Assembly (NCBI GenBank): GCA_043766985.1
Contig: JAYUHM010000234.1
Location: forward strand, 2,494 to 66,493
From: Polaromonas sp.
Lineage (GTDB): Bacteria; Pseudomonadota; Gammaproteobacteria; Burkholderiales; Burkholderiaceae_C
Length of the DNA: 64,000 nucleotides
Direction of reading: 5' to 3'
The translations under genes were made by a program, and so were the position numbers. Positions 46,402 to 54,682 of this stretch are shown here, one piece after another. The notes beneath the pieces are model-generated. The model made no database searches. It saw nothing but the letters and a program-made list of their open reading frames with translations, and had not been told where the DNA came from. The first letter of the stretch is position 1; every line of letters starts with the position of its first letter.

Positions 46402-47373
46402 TTATTCGGCTTTGATATTGGCCGATTTAGCCAGCTGTGCGTAGCGTGCCAGATCGGTCTTGATCAGGTTGGCCAAATCGGTGGCGTTGCCGCTCAGTGG
46501 CTCAATGCCCGCCGTGGAGAGTATTTCTTTGGTCGCGGGGTCGGCCATCACTTTTTGCACATCGGCGTAGATGCGTGTCACCACGTCGGCGGGCATATTG
46601 GCCGGGCCCATCAGGGCGTACCAGATAGAGAAATTGAGCGGCTTGAGGCCTTGCTCCTCAAAGCTGGCGGCGTTGGGAAGCAGTGCGTAACGGCTGGCGG
46701 TAGACACACCCACCGCATTGAGCTTGTCCGATTTTACGTGCGGTGCCGCCAGATTGGCGCTCAAAATAGCCAACTGCACCTGGCCGCCCAACACATCAGT
46801 TAGCCCTGGTGCGCAGCCTTTGTAGCCCACATGCGCGGCACTTACCTTGGCCTGCTGCTTTACCAGCTCCATCACAAAGTGCTGCGGTGTGCCCTGGCCG
46901 CAGGAGCCGTAGTTGAGCGCGTTGGGGTTGGCGTTGGAATAGTTCACCAAGTCTTTGAGGTTCTTGATGTCGGTAGCCGGGTGCGCCACCAAGGCAATCG
47001 GCGTCAGGCCCAGCAGCATGATGGGTGTGAGGTCTTTTTCGGGCGAATAGTTCAGCTTGCCCGATACCGCAGGGTTGACCACCATGGTGCTGTTTTGCAG
47101 CAGAAGGGTGTAGCCATCAGCGGGTGATTTGACTACCGCCTCGGTGCCAATATTGCCCGAAGCCCCTGCGCGGTTGTCCACGGCAATGCCCTGGCCCCAC
47201 AGCGTTTGCAGGCGTGCGCCTATCTGCCGCGCCAGCACGTCAGACCCGCCGCCGCTGCCATAAGGCACAATAATTTTGACAGGGCGCGAAGGGTAGGCCT
47301 GCGCCCACGCGATAGAGGTTACGCAACTTGCAGCCAACACACTGGCATGTAAAAGTGATGATAATAATTTCAT
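46402..47373 (-). CDS. Bug-family (TctC-like) substrate-binding protein
   Basis: Signal peptide, YPSRPVKIIVPYGSGGGSD and YGSCGQGTPQH motifs. The ATG at 47373 lies 2 nt after the upstream stop. Confidence 0.85.
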   Translation of the reverse strand: MKLLSSLLHASVLAASCVTSIAWAQAYPSRPVKIIVPYGSGGGSDVLARQIGARLQTLWGQGIAVDNRAGASGNIGTEAVVKSPADGYTLLLQNSTMVVNPAVSGKLNYSPEKDLTPIMLLGLTPIALVAHPATDIKNLKDLVNYSNANPNALNYGSCGQGTPQHFVMELVKQQAKVSAAHVGYKGCAPGLTDVLGGQVQLAILSANLAAPHVKSDKLNAVGVSTASRYALLPNAASFEEQGLKPLNFSIWYALMGPANMPADVVTRIYADVQKVMADPATKEILSTAGIEPLSGNATDLANLIKTDLARYAQLAKSANIKAE

Positions 47374-47375
47374 GA

Positions 47376-48095
47376 TTAAGCGGTTTGTAAAGTCAATTCT
47401 TGCACCCACAGGTCCCACGCGCGCACCACTTGCCCTTCGGTAGACGCTTGTGCCAATGCGGCTTCCTCGTCGTTTAAAAAGTTAACATCGTCCAGTACGG
47501 CTGCCTGCAATTGCAGCTTGGCGTTCACCTCGGCGTATATGGCGCGGTATACCGCCAGTTCAATCGACTCCGCCACGGTGGTCGAGCCGTGACCGCGCAT
47601 CAGCACGCAGGGGTGCTTGCCCAAGGCTTGCGCCAGCGAACGGCCAATGTTGGCATCGCGGATCAGCATGTCTGTGTTGCCATGCGCCTGCCGTATGTCA
47701 AACAAGGACACCCCGGCGCCCAAAAAGCCGCTCATGTGAAAGATGGGCCGCAGCCGCTGGCCACTCACACCAAACGGAATCACACTTTGCGAATGGCTAT
47801 GCACAATCGACACCACATCGGGCCGCGCTTTGTAAATCTCGCTGTGGATAAACCGTTCCAGATACGGCCGCTGGCCCGACGTACTCGCGTCAGTACCGTC
47901 CATGTCATAGGTTTGTATGTCCTGCGCCCGCACCAAGCCGGGCGCACGGTTGCACGAGAGTAAAAAATGCGCAGGCGACGCGCTGTGCCGCACACTGATA
48001 TGGCCAAAACCATCCACTATGCCATGCTTGTACAGGATGTGGTTCGCGGTTACCAGCTTATCTATTAACGTTTTATCAGCTTGGGGTATTGTCAT
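47376..48095 (-). CDS. Class II aldolase/adducin-family protein
   Basis: Motifs GFGHISVR, HSEIYKARPDV..VHSH and MRGHGSTTV. The ATG at 48095 is preferred. Confidence 0.8.
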   Translation of the reverse strand: MTIPQADKTLIDKLVTANHILYKHGIVDGFGHISVRHSASPAHFLLSCNRAPGLVRAQDIQTYDMDGTDASTSGQRPYLERFIHSEIYKARPDVVSIVHSHSQSVIPFGVSGQRLRPIFHMSGFLGAGVSLFDIRQAHGNTDMLIRDANIGRSLAQALGKHPCVLMRGHGSTTVAESIELAVYRAIYAEVNAKLQLQAAVLDDVNFLNDEEAALAQASTEGQVVRAWDLWVQELTLQTA

Positions 48096-48211
48096 GCGGT
48101 GGTGCCTAATGCTTGTATACAGCAAGCATAGCACTGGCCAAAAATCGCAGCTTGCCCCACCCCATGCCAGGCCGAATCACTTTGGCAGTCACGCCCAACC
48201 GCCGCGCTCTG

Positions 48212-48568
48212 CTAGCGTGTGGGCACTGGCTCCCACCAGTGCGTGAAGGTAGGCTCCGCGCTGGTGCGCAGCGAGCGAAGGTATGCGGTGAGGTTTTGTA
48301 TGTCAAGGGTTGTCAGCTTTGGATAGGCCGGCATGCCCTTTTCTTTTCCTTGGCGTATGGCTTCGCTGACGTCTCCAAGATCGGCGCCCTCGCGCCTGAA
48401 AGCGGGACCCATGCCGCCTCCGCCGCGGCCACCGTGGCAGCCGTAGCAATTTTGCTCAAGGTAAACGCGCCGCCCCTCTTCAGCTGGGCCCAATGCCGAT
48501 GCCATCGTTGTAGTCAGCACCAGGCCGAGGCCAGCCACCGATTGAAAAATTCTTAACTTGACTTGCAT
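48212..48568 (-). CDS. c-type cytochrome (dehydrogenase-associated)
   Basis: 118-aa ORF with a signal peptide and a single CYGCH heme-binding motif. It is the last gene of the PQQ dehydrogenase operon. Confidence 0.8.
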   Translation of the reverse strand: MQVKLRIFQSVAGLGLVLTTTMASALGPAEEGRRVYLEQNCYGCHGGRGGGGMGPAFRREGADLGDVSEAIRQGKEKGMPAYPKLTTLDIQNLTAYLRSLRTSAEPTFTHWWEPVPTR

Positions 48569-48617
48569 TTCAAACTCCTTTTGATGTCATGGTATTACCC
48601 GGCAGTTCAGGCACCGC

Positions 48618-49538
48618 CTATTGCCTAAGCGCAGCAACTGGCGCCTTGTCGATGAGAGGTACGCCAAAGGCTTCTAAAACCTGTCGGATTTCCCCGCGTT
48701 TGCGATCCAGTACGCCTTCCAGCTCCTCTTTGAATGGCGCGTCGTCGCGCCTTACCCCCAGCGACACATCGAAGGTAAACGGCAGCGGAACCCGATCAGC
48801 GCCTGCCGAGACCGGTACCACGGCCAGTTCGACCGGTTGCCGTTTGACGAAATACCCGGCGAACGGTCCCCATACGATAGCCACGTCAATCTCGCCGCTC
48901 GCCACAGCGTCGATGATTTTTCCGGATGGGCTGTCGGCCGTATCCAGCATGGAAAAGCCGACGACGTTGTTAGCGATTCCGCGGCGCGCCAGCGCATGCG
49001 CTGGAGGCAGGTTCGCGCCATCGTCGCCAAAGGCCTGCAAGCCGATCTTGATGTTTTGCAGCACCGGGTCATCAAACGAGCGCAGACCGTCCAGCTTCTT
49101 GTTCTTCGCGTACACAAAAACGTAAGTGGAGCTGTAGTAAGCCTTGGTCGTCAGCACGGGTTCGAACCCGCTTGGGACACCTATGATGAGGTCGCAGTGC
49201 TTCGCCGCGAGCGTCTGGCGTATGAACCCGCGGCGTTGTGGATGCCACGTGTACCTTACGGAGGCTTGCAGGTCGCGGGCGATGACGTCGGCAATCTTGT
49301 TTTCGAATCCTTCAAGCTGCCGGTTCGAGAACGGGAAGTTGTCCGGGTCTGCGCACACTCGCAACTCCCGCACTTTATCCGCCGCGGCGGCTCCGCTCGA
49401 CCACACTGCCACAGCCAAGGCTAGTGCGAACCATGGCAACCTGCGCGCGCTGCCAGAGTGACGCGATCCGCTAGGGGATTGCGTGACCCGCCTATTAATG
49501 CGGGTCGCAAAAAGTGTATGGGCGTCGCTCATGGTCAC
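48618..49538 (-). CDS. Quinoprotein-dehydrogenase-associated periplasmic binding protein (MoxJ/XoxJ-like)
   Basis: LRVCADPDNFPFSN motif and type-2 PBP fold, between the PQQ dehydrogenase and the cytochrome c gene. Confidence 0.75.
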   Translation of the reverse strand: MTMSDAHTLFATRINRRVTQSPSGSRHSGSARRLPWFALALAVAVWSSGAAAADKVRELRVCADPDNFPFSNRQLEGFENKIADVIARDLQASVRYTWHPQRRGFIRQTLAAKHCDLIIGVPSGFEPVLTTKAYYSSTYVFVYAKNKKLDGLRSFDDPVLQNIKIGLQAFGDDGANLPPAHALARRGIANNVVGFSMLDTADSPSGKIIDAVASGEIDVAIVWGPFAGYFVKRQPVELAVVPVSAGADRVPLPFTFDVSLGVRRDDAPFKEELEGVLDRKRGEIRQVLEAFGVPLIDKAPVAALRQ

Positions 49539-49562
49539 CTTTCGTCCAGTACTTGGGCAGGG

Positions 49563-51368
49563 CTAGGGGAGCTTGAACACATGGACAGCACCACCCTTCG
49601 CGGTGAACTTTGGTAGATCTGCGGTCACGCCAGGAATGCCGAATGCTGCGTAGGGATCGTCTACATCAAGGTTTCCGGACACTACAGCACCCAGCAGGCC
49701 GCCGACACCCGAGTAAACGGCCACACGCTGCTTGCCATCAGGGCCGGTGAAAGTTATCGGGCTGCCGATGATGCCCGATGGCAGCTGCGTTTGGAAAAGC
49801 ACCTTGCCGCTCGTCGCATCCACCGCCTTCAGCCACCGGTCCAACGTGCCGTAGAACACCAGATTACCAGCCGTTGCGAGGACGCCGCTGTACAGTGGGA
49901 AGCGCTCTGGGATGCTCCAAATTTTTGTACCCTTCACGGCATCCCAGGCGATGAGCTCGCCACGAACGCCGCTGGGCCCCGTCTTCATCGTTGTGCTGGC
50001 CCCAACATAGGGCGTGCCCTGGATGTAGTTGACTTTCAGCGGCTCGGTGTCGGCACATACGTCCATGCTGGGAATGTAGAACAGGCCCGTGGAAGGCGAG
50101 AAAGCAGCAGGTTCAATATCTTTGCCTCCCGGAGGTGCGGGGCAGATGTCCTTGGTGACCTCGCCCTCACGGGGGATCTTGGCCGGGTTTAAAACCGGCG
50201 ATCCACTCACCAAGTCGATGCGATCAGCCCAGTTCACCGGAACGAATGGTTTGGCTACCAACACCTCACCTGTTCTGCGGTCCATCGTGTAGGCAAACCC
50301 GTTCTTGTTGAAATGCACGATAAGCTGACGTACCGCGCCATTGAATGGCAGGTCGACCACGATGTTCTCGTTGACGGTGTCGTAGTCCCATGCGTCGTGA
50401 GGTGTCATCTGGTACGCCCAGACGGCTTGGCCCGTATCGGGATTGCGCGCAAAGATGGTCGATGACCATTTGTTGTCACCGGGCCGGATGTCCGGGTTCC
50501 AGGGAGCGGGGTTGGATGTACCTTCAAACAGCAGGTTGAGCTGAGGATCGTAAGTTAACCATCCCCAGCGCGTGCCGCCCCCTTGCGTCCACAATGTGCC
50601 GGGCCATGTCGTCTGGCCCAGATTGGTTCCCCTATCCTTGGCGTAGAAAGGGTGGAAGCCGTTGCCGATCAACACGTCGGCATCCGGGCCGGTACCCCAG
50701 GCGCGCCATACCTCGCGCCCCGTGTCAACGTTCAATGCGGCAAGCCAACCACGCACGCCCAGTTCGGCGCCGCTGTTGCCAACGAACACTTTGTCGCCGA
50801 CCACGAGCGGAGCCATCACCATGGTCTGCCCCGAGCGCGGGTCTCCCAGATTGGTTCGCCACACTTGGCGCCCGGTTGCCGCATCGACGGCAACGGTTGT
50901 GTTGTTAAGCGCGTTGTAGATAATCTTGCCGTTGGCAAAGACGGCACCGCGGTTGACGATATCGCAGCACGCTTGGCCTATCGCGAACTGGTTTGGTGCG
51001 GGACTGAAGACCCAGCGGGTCTGGCCGGGGCGGGTCAGGTCCAGTGCGAACAGCCTGTTGGGAAACGGACCCACGACATACATGGTGTTCCCCACCACCA
51101 GGGGCGCGCCTTGATGCCCCGCCCTGACACCCGTGGTGAACTGGAACTCGTGGGTGATGCCAGCGACATTGCTGGCGTTGATCTGCGAGAGCGAACTGAA
51201 ACGCGTACCTTGGGCAGTTCCCGCGGGCGTTGTCCATTCGGCGCCTGCGGCCTGCGCCCATGCGGGGCCGTGCGGCACTAAGCTGGCCGCGAGCAGCAGC
51301 ATGGGGCCGAGAAGTCTTGCACTGCGAAGACTGGAAAGCAGTTTGAGCGTGATCACATGAGCCTCCAT
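49563..51368 (-). CDS. PQQ-dependent methanol/ethanol-family dehydrogenase, lanthanide-type (XoxF/PedH-like)
   Basis: Eight-bladed propeller repeats, vicinal Cys pair (GQACCDIVNRG) and HDAWDYD with the extra Asp (codons at 50379-50387). Signal peptide follows the ATG at 51368 (or 51380); the track start at 51497 is a spurious extension. Confidence 0.85.
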   Translation of the reverse strand: MEAHVITLKLLSSLRSARLLGPMLLLAASLVPHGPAWAQAAGAEWTTPAGTAQGTRFSSLSQINASNVAGITHEFQFTTGVRAGHQGAPLVVGNTMYVVGPFPNRLFALDLTRPGQTRWVFSPAPNQFAIGQACCDIVNRGAVFANGKIIYNALNNTTVAVDAATGRQVWRTNLGDPRSGQTMVMAPLVVGDKVFVGNSGAELGVRGWLAALNVDTGREVWRAWGTGPDADVLIGNGFHPFYAKDRGTNLGQTTWPGTLWTQGGGTRWGWLTYDPQLNLLFEGTSNPAPWNPDIRPGDNKWSSTIFARNPDTGQAVWAYQMTPHDAWDYDTVNENIVVDLPFNGAVRQLIVHFNKNGFAYTMDRRTGEVLVAKPFVPVNWADRIDLVSGSPVLNPAKIPREGEVTKDICPAPPGGKDIEPAAFSPSTGLFYIPSMDVCADTEPLKVNYIQGTPYVGASTTMKTGPSGVRGELIAWDAVKGTKIWSIPERFPLYSGVLATAGNLVFYGTLDRWLKAVDATSGKVLFQTQLPSGIIGSPITFTGPDGKQRVAVYSGVGGLLGAVVSGNLDVDDPYAAFGIPGVTADLPKFTAKGGAVHVFKLP

Positions 51369-51437
51369 AAAAAACCTCATGCTGCGCCGCTGGCTTCCTG
51401 GGGTATGTGCAGTAACCCACATAATCTGGTAACAGTT

Positions 51438-51482
51438 TGCAAAGAAAAGGAGTGCAAAGAAAGGGAGTGCAAAGACAACTGG
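51438..51482. promoter_or_regulatory. Three tandem 15-bp direct repeats upstream of the PQQ dehydrogenase gene
   Basis: TGCAAAGAAAAGGAG / TGCAAAGAAAGGGAG / TGCAAAGACAACTGG, located 70-115 nt upstream of the start codon. Confidence 0.5.
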
Positions 51483-51547
51483 GGCGGACTTAATCAAACG
51501 AAAGAAAGTAGCGTCAATCTTGCTAGGCGGGCGTAATTTTTACTACG

Positions 51548-51597
51548 AATTAAATAGCTGCTTGTGTAATATTCCATAGGCTCTTCAAACGATTTTT
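51548..51597 (+). repeat. Dispersed repeat, copy G (intergenic)
   Basis: AATTAAATAGCTGCTTGTGTAATATTCCATAGGCTCTTCAAACGATTTTT. Confidence 0.65.
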
Positions 51598-51653
51598 CTT
51601 AACTGAGTGCACTCAGTCATTTCATAGTTACGCAGTCAACTGCCCGACGGGTA

Positions 51654-53645
51654 CTAGACTGTATGCGGCAAAAAAGCAGGCATCGCGCGCAGGCGCTGCA
51701 TCAGGCCATGCTGCAGCGCAAACACCGTCAATTGTTCGGCGTAGGGCACCAGCATCTGGTCGTCTTGCGCCAGGGGCACGCCTAGCAGCTGGGCCATTTG
51801 CTCTTTGGCAATCTGGCCGTGAGCCAGCAGTGCGTCGGTGATGTGCAGCAGCAAGCCGGCATCGGCTTTGAGCAAGGCCTGCGCACGCGCGTACTGCTGC
51901 ACCAGCAAGGCCTCGATTTCGGCATTGGAGGGGACGACATTGGTGTTGATGTCTCCCTCGGTTTCATGCGTTACATCGGTGCGGCTCAGGCGGCTGCCAA
52001 AACCGTAGTAGCGCACATAGCGCGCGGCCAGGGCGGTGGCGCTTTTAAAGTCGCTCTCGCTGCCGGTCGTGCAGGCCCCTTCGTTAAACACCAAGGCTTC
52101 GGCGGCGCGGCCCGCCAGGCTCACGCACATGCGGTCCAGGCAGTTTTGCTGCGACATGGTCTTCATGCGCACGTAGCTGTTGTAGCCGCCCTCAAACGAG
52201 GCCACGTTGATCTTTACCTCTTGCGGCGCGTGCCCAAACAAGCGGCCATACACCAGGCCATGGCCGGCTTCGTGCACCGCCAGCAGAGCCCGAAAGTCCG
52301 GGCTTGCGCGCTGCTTGAGCTGGTTCAGATCCAGCGGCACAGGGTAGGCCGTGCTGTGCGGGCCGCAGCGCACATGCAAGTGCTGGGTGTTAATGTCCAG
52401 CGACACCTGCAGCGTAGAGCCCGCCTCGATGCCGTGCTCCAGTGCCCATAGCACGGCGTTGACCAGGGGCGCGCTCAAAATGGCGTGTACCGACGAGAAC
52501 AGCGGGCGCGTGCCTTGGGCCGGGAAGACGGCGTTGGCATAAATGCCCGCATAGACCGACTCATCCAACGCAAAGCTCAGGCCGGAGCTGGCCTGCACTT
52601 CATGCACATACTTGCCGCAGGCGCTGCGGATCAAGCGCTCATACGTCGCTTGGTTGAGCGAGGGGTAAATCACATGGTTGTTGCCCATGCGCGCTACCTG
52701 CTCAGGTTTGAAGCGCTCGGCCAGGGCTTTTTTGACGTCAATCACCGACAGCTTTTTCGTCATGGCGTGAAAGATATCGGCATCGGTGTCGCAGTCTTCC
52801 ACCCGGCTGGCCATGCCTTGGTACATTTCGTCCAGGTTGCCCGAGACGATGATCAGCAAACGGCTGTAGTCTGTCTCCCAGGCCTCGCTGGAGGCTTTGA
52901 AGGTCAGCATGCGCTCTTGCAGTTGCTCGGCGCTCCAAGCCATCACTTCTTGCAACGGCTCTTTGAGCTTGAGGCTGTGCTTGAACTCTTGCGCCTGGTA
53001 GGGCGAGAGGTTGAATTTGAGTTTTTTGCTTGCCCCGCCTTCTTTGGAGGAATCGTCTTTGTCTTCACGCTCATCGTCGTAGAGCGACATCGCCAAGGAC
53101 GACTCCAGTTCTTGCAGGAACGACAGCGAGGGCGGCAAACGCCCGTCGGACAGCAACTGCCAAACATCCTGGTAGCGCTTGACCGGCGCGTCTTTGCCTT
53201 GCTCGCTCACCGTGCGAAAGCGCTGGAATTCGTCCAGTACCAGCATGCCGGGCTCGCCTTCTTGCACACCAGACTCGCTCAGCATCGCGCTGATCGAGTC
53301 GGCACTGCGCCTGCTGCTGCCGTTGCTAAAGCCGTCCATTTGCACTTCAACAAAGCGGTCATAAAACCCCAGCTTGTGTGCCAGGCTGCGGGTGAGCTGC
53401 GTTTTACCGGTGCCGGTCAGGCCCCACAGGCACACAATCACCGGGCGGTGAATGATGTGCGGCAGCACATACCAGGCGCGGATAGATTCGATCACGCGGT
53501 CAATGATCTCGTCAATACCAAACAGCTCGGTTTTCAGCTCGGCTGCCACGCTGGCCAGGTGGGCGCTGCGCTGGCGCAGCAGCTCGGCTTGCACCATGGG
53601 CATAGCCATAGAGGTCGTATTCAAATCGTTCTTCATGCTAATCAT
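51654..53645 (-). CDS. Soluble AAA+ ATPase (ClpA/B D2-like) fused to an FtsH-type M41 zinc-metallopeptidase domain
   Basis: Walker A GLTGTGKT (53400-53423), Walker B MLVLDEF, Clp-D2-like blocks (LLIIVSGN, RFKPEQVARMGNNHVIYPSL). The C-terminus has HEAGH (52260-52274) and TGSESDFKSATALAARYV, collinear with the FtsH protease domain. No TM segment. Confidence 0.8.
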   Translation of the reverse strand: MISMKNDLNTTSMAMPMVQAELLRQRSAHLASVAAELKTELFGIDEIIDRVIESIRAWYVLPHIIHRPVIVCLWGLTGTGKTQLTRSLAHKLGFYDRFVEVQMDGFSNGSSRRSADSISAMLSESGVQEGEPGMLVLDEFQRFRTVSEQGKDAPVKRYQDVWQLLSDGRLPPSLSFLQELESSLAMSLYDDEREDKDDSSKEGGASKKLKFNLSPYQAQEFKHSLKLKEPLQEVMAWSAEQLQERMLTFKASSEAWETDYSRLLIIVSGNLDEMYQGMASRVEDCDTDADIFHAMTKKLSVIDVKKALAERFKPEQVARMGNNHVIYPSLNQATYERLIRSACGKYVHEVQASSGLSFALDESVYAGIYANAVFPAQGTRPLFSSVHAILSAPLVNAVLWALEHGIEAGSTLQVSLDINTQHLHVRCGPHSTAYPVPLDLNQLKQRASPDFRALLAVHEAGHGLVYGRLFGHAPQEVKINVASFEGGYNSYVRMKTMSQQNCLDRMCVSLAGRAAEALVFNEGACTTGSESDFKSATALAARYVRYYGFGSRLSRTDVTHETEGDINTNVVPSNAEIEALLVQQYARAQALLKADAGLLLHITDALLAHGQIAKEQMAQLLGVPLAQDDQMLVPYAEQLTVFALQHGLMQRLRAMPAFLPHTV

Positions 53646-53880
53646 TCAAAGTGTTCACGGCCTTTTGTAGGGCCATGTGTTCAGCGCGGCGTTGTGCGCC
53701 GCGTGAGCGAATATGCTTGCCCGCGCCAGAGGTGATGGCGCGGTGGGCGAGGGCCTGCACCACGCGGTTGCGCGGGGCAGACAGTTGCAAAGTCAAGGTC
53801 AAGGCCAGCGGCTGTTTGATACTGCGCAGGTGCTTTACTTTGCCTTGCGCAAAGTCACGGGAAAATAGTTTGGCACTCAT
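53638..53880 (-). CDS. Small basic hypothetical protein (80 aa) translationally coupled to the AAA+/M41 gene
   Basis: GGAG lies 8 nt upstream of the ATG. Its stop overlaps the downstream start (AATGATTAG). No family recognised. Confidence 0.55.
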   Translation of the reverse strand: MSAKLFSRDFAQGKVKHLRSIKQPLALTLTLQLSAPRNRVVQALAHRAITSGAGKHIRSRGAQRRAEHMALQKAVNTLND

Positions 53881-53975
53881 GGTGCACGCTCCAGATACAA
53901 AAACCTCAGCAAAGTAAAACAGTCTGGGGCTTGTGGAGCGTGCGTCTCAATAGAACGCGCAGCACCTTGCCGCAA

Positions 53976-54005
53976 AGCTGGTGTGGTGTGGCACCACATC
54001 CAGCT
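53976..54005. other. Stem-loop S1 in the non-coding spacer
   Basis: AGCTGGTGTGGTG-TGG-CACCACATCCAGCT, a 13-bp stem with one bulge. Confidence 0.6.
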
Positions 54006-54060
54006 GGGGGGCAGTGGAGGGTGCGTCAGGTGTGAGTGAAACAAGTCATGGGTTTAATGT

Positions 54061-54110
54061 GCTTTAAGGGTTGGCTGCACAAGGATATTCGTTGTGCAGC
54101 GGCTTAAAGC
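54061..54110. other. Compound stem-loop S2 in the non-coding spacer
   Basis: Outer stem GCTTTAA/TTAAAGC and inner stem GCTGCACAA/TTGTGCAGC around a 9-nt loop. Confidence 0.6.
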
Positions 54111-54281
54111 AGGAAAAGGATTGTGCTGAAGCGCACTCGGTTTGACAAGTATTTTGCGCAGCTTTTTTTCATGGCGTTGTAAAAAAACAATCACAGCAGT
54201 GCCTCACTGATGGGGCGACTGCGGATGCAACCGGAAGTGCCTGAGCCGACCTGTTGCCTGCGAGACCAGGGCAGGGCTGGC

Positions 54282-54355
54282 GCATTCAGCTACGCGGCTG
54301 TCCCCCGTGGTGGCTTATGGCCGCCGACTCCTTGTATGCCGCTACGCTGAATGCA
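54282..54355. other. Long imperfect hairpin S3 in the non-coding spacer
   Basis: GCATTCAGC...CGGC pairs with GCCG...GCTGAATGC (9 bp plus 5 bp around a 3x3 internal loop). It is enclosed by AGGGCAGG (54268-54275) / CCTGCCCT (54403-54410). Confidence 0.5.
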
Positions 54356-54438
54356 GCATCGGCCAGCTCTTGCTGCCATGGCGAGTGCTCCACCGTCGCG
54401 CGCCTGCCCTATTTGCCGCCGTGGCGCTTGGAATGTGA

Positions 54439-54523
54439 GCTATTGGGGTCAGATCAAAATTCAGGAAAGCAATGCCCCCGAAGCGCGCAACCTCGAACGA
54501 AATTTTGCTCTGACCCCAATAGC
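54439..54523. repeat. 85-bp palindromic element with 23-bp inverted-repeat arms (MITE/REP-like)
   Basis: GCTATTGGGGTCAGATCAAAATT (54439-54461) and AATTTTGCTCTGACCCCAATAGC (54501-54523): 22/23 complementary, with a 39-bp centre. Confidence 0.7.
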
Positions 54524-54560
54524 GGACTATCCGGCGACTACTGCTTCTACGCATGCATTC

Positions 54561-54605
54561 AGGCGGTAGCCCAATAAAATACTGCGTAAGCAGCTCCTAA
54601 ATAAG
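54561..54605 (-). repeat. Dispersed repeat, degenerate copy K (just upstream of the chimeric ORF)
   Basis: The minus strand reads CTTATTTAGGAGCTGCTTACGCAGTATTTTATTGGGCTACCGCCT. Confidence 0.5.
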
Positions 54606-54682
54606 TAGTGAATAAATCGCACCACGGATACCATAAACTATCCCCACAACGCAACCGCACCAAGCCCCAACACAGCCCCACC

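Noticed and set aside
48109-48130. Inverted repeat ATGCTTG-TATACAG-CAAGCAT between the cytochrome c and aldolase genes
   Set aside because: It is a 7-bp stem with no U-tract and no second copy, which is insufficient for a terminator or operator call.
51369-51497. N-terminal extension of the PQQ dehydrogenase ORF (track start 51497)
   Set aside because: The extension runs through the tandem promoter repeats and precedes a good signal peptide that begins at 51368/51380.
52485-53735. 416-aa plus-strand ORF opposite the AAA+/M41 gene
   Set aside because: It is a shadow ORF. The minus-strand frame carries Walker A/B and HEAGH motifs.
54211-54420. Possible tmRNA or tRNA-like gene, suggested by a GGGGCGACTGCGG start and extensive pairing
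   Set aside because: No T-arm (GGTTCGANTCC), no 3' CCA acceptor pairing and no tag-peptide ORF with a resume codon were found.
53881-54607. Retron-like msr/msd ncRNA next to an ATPase/protease effector
   Set aside because: No reverse transcriptase gene is present anywhere in the window, so the structures alone do not support a retron.
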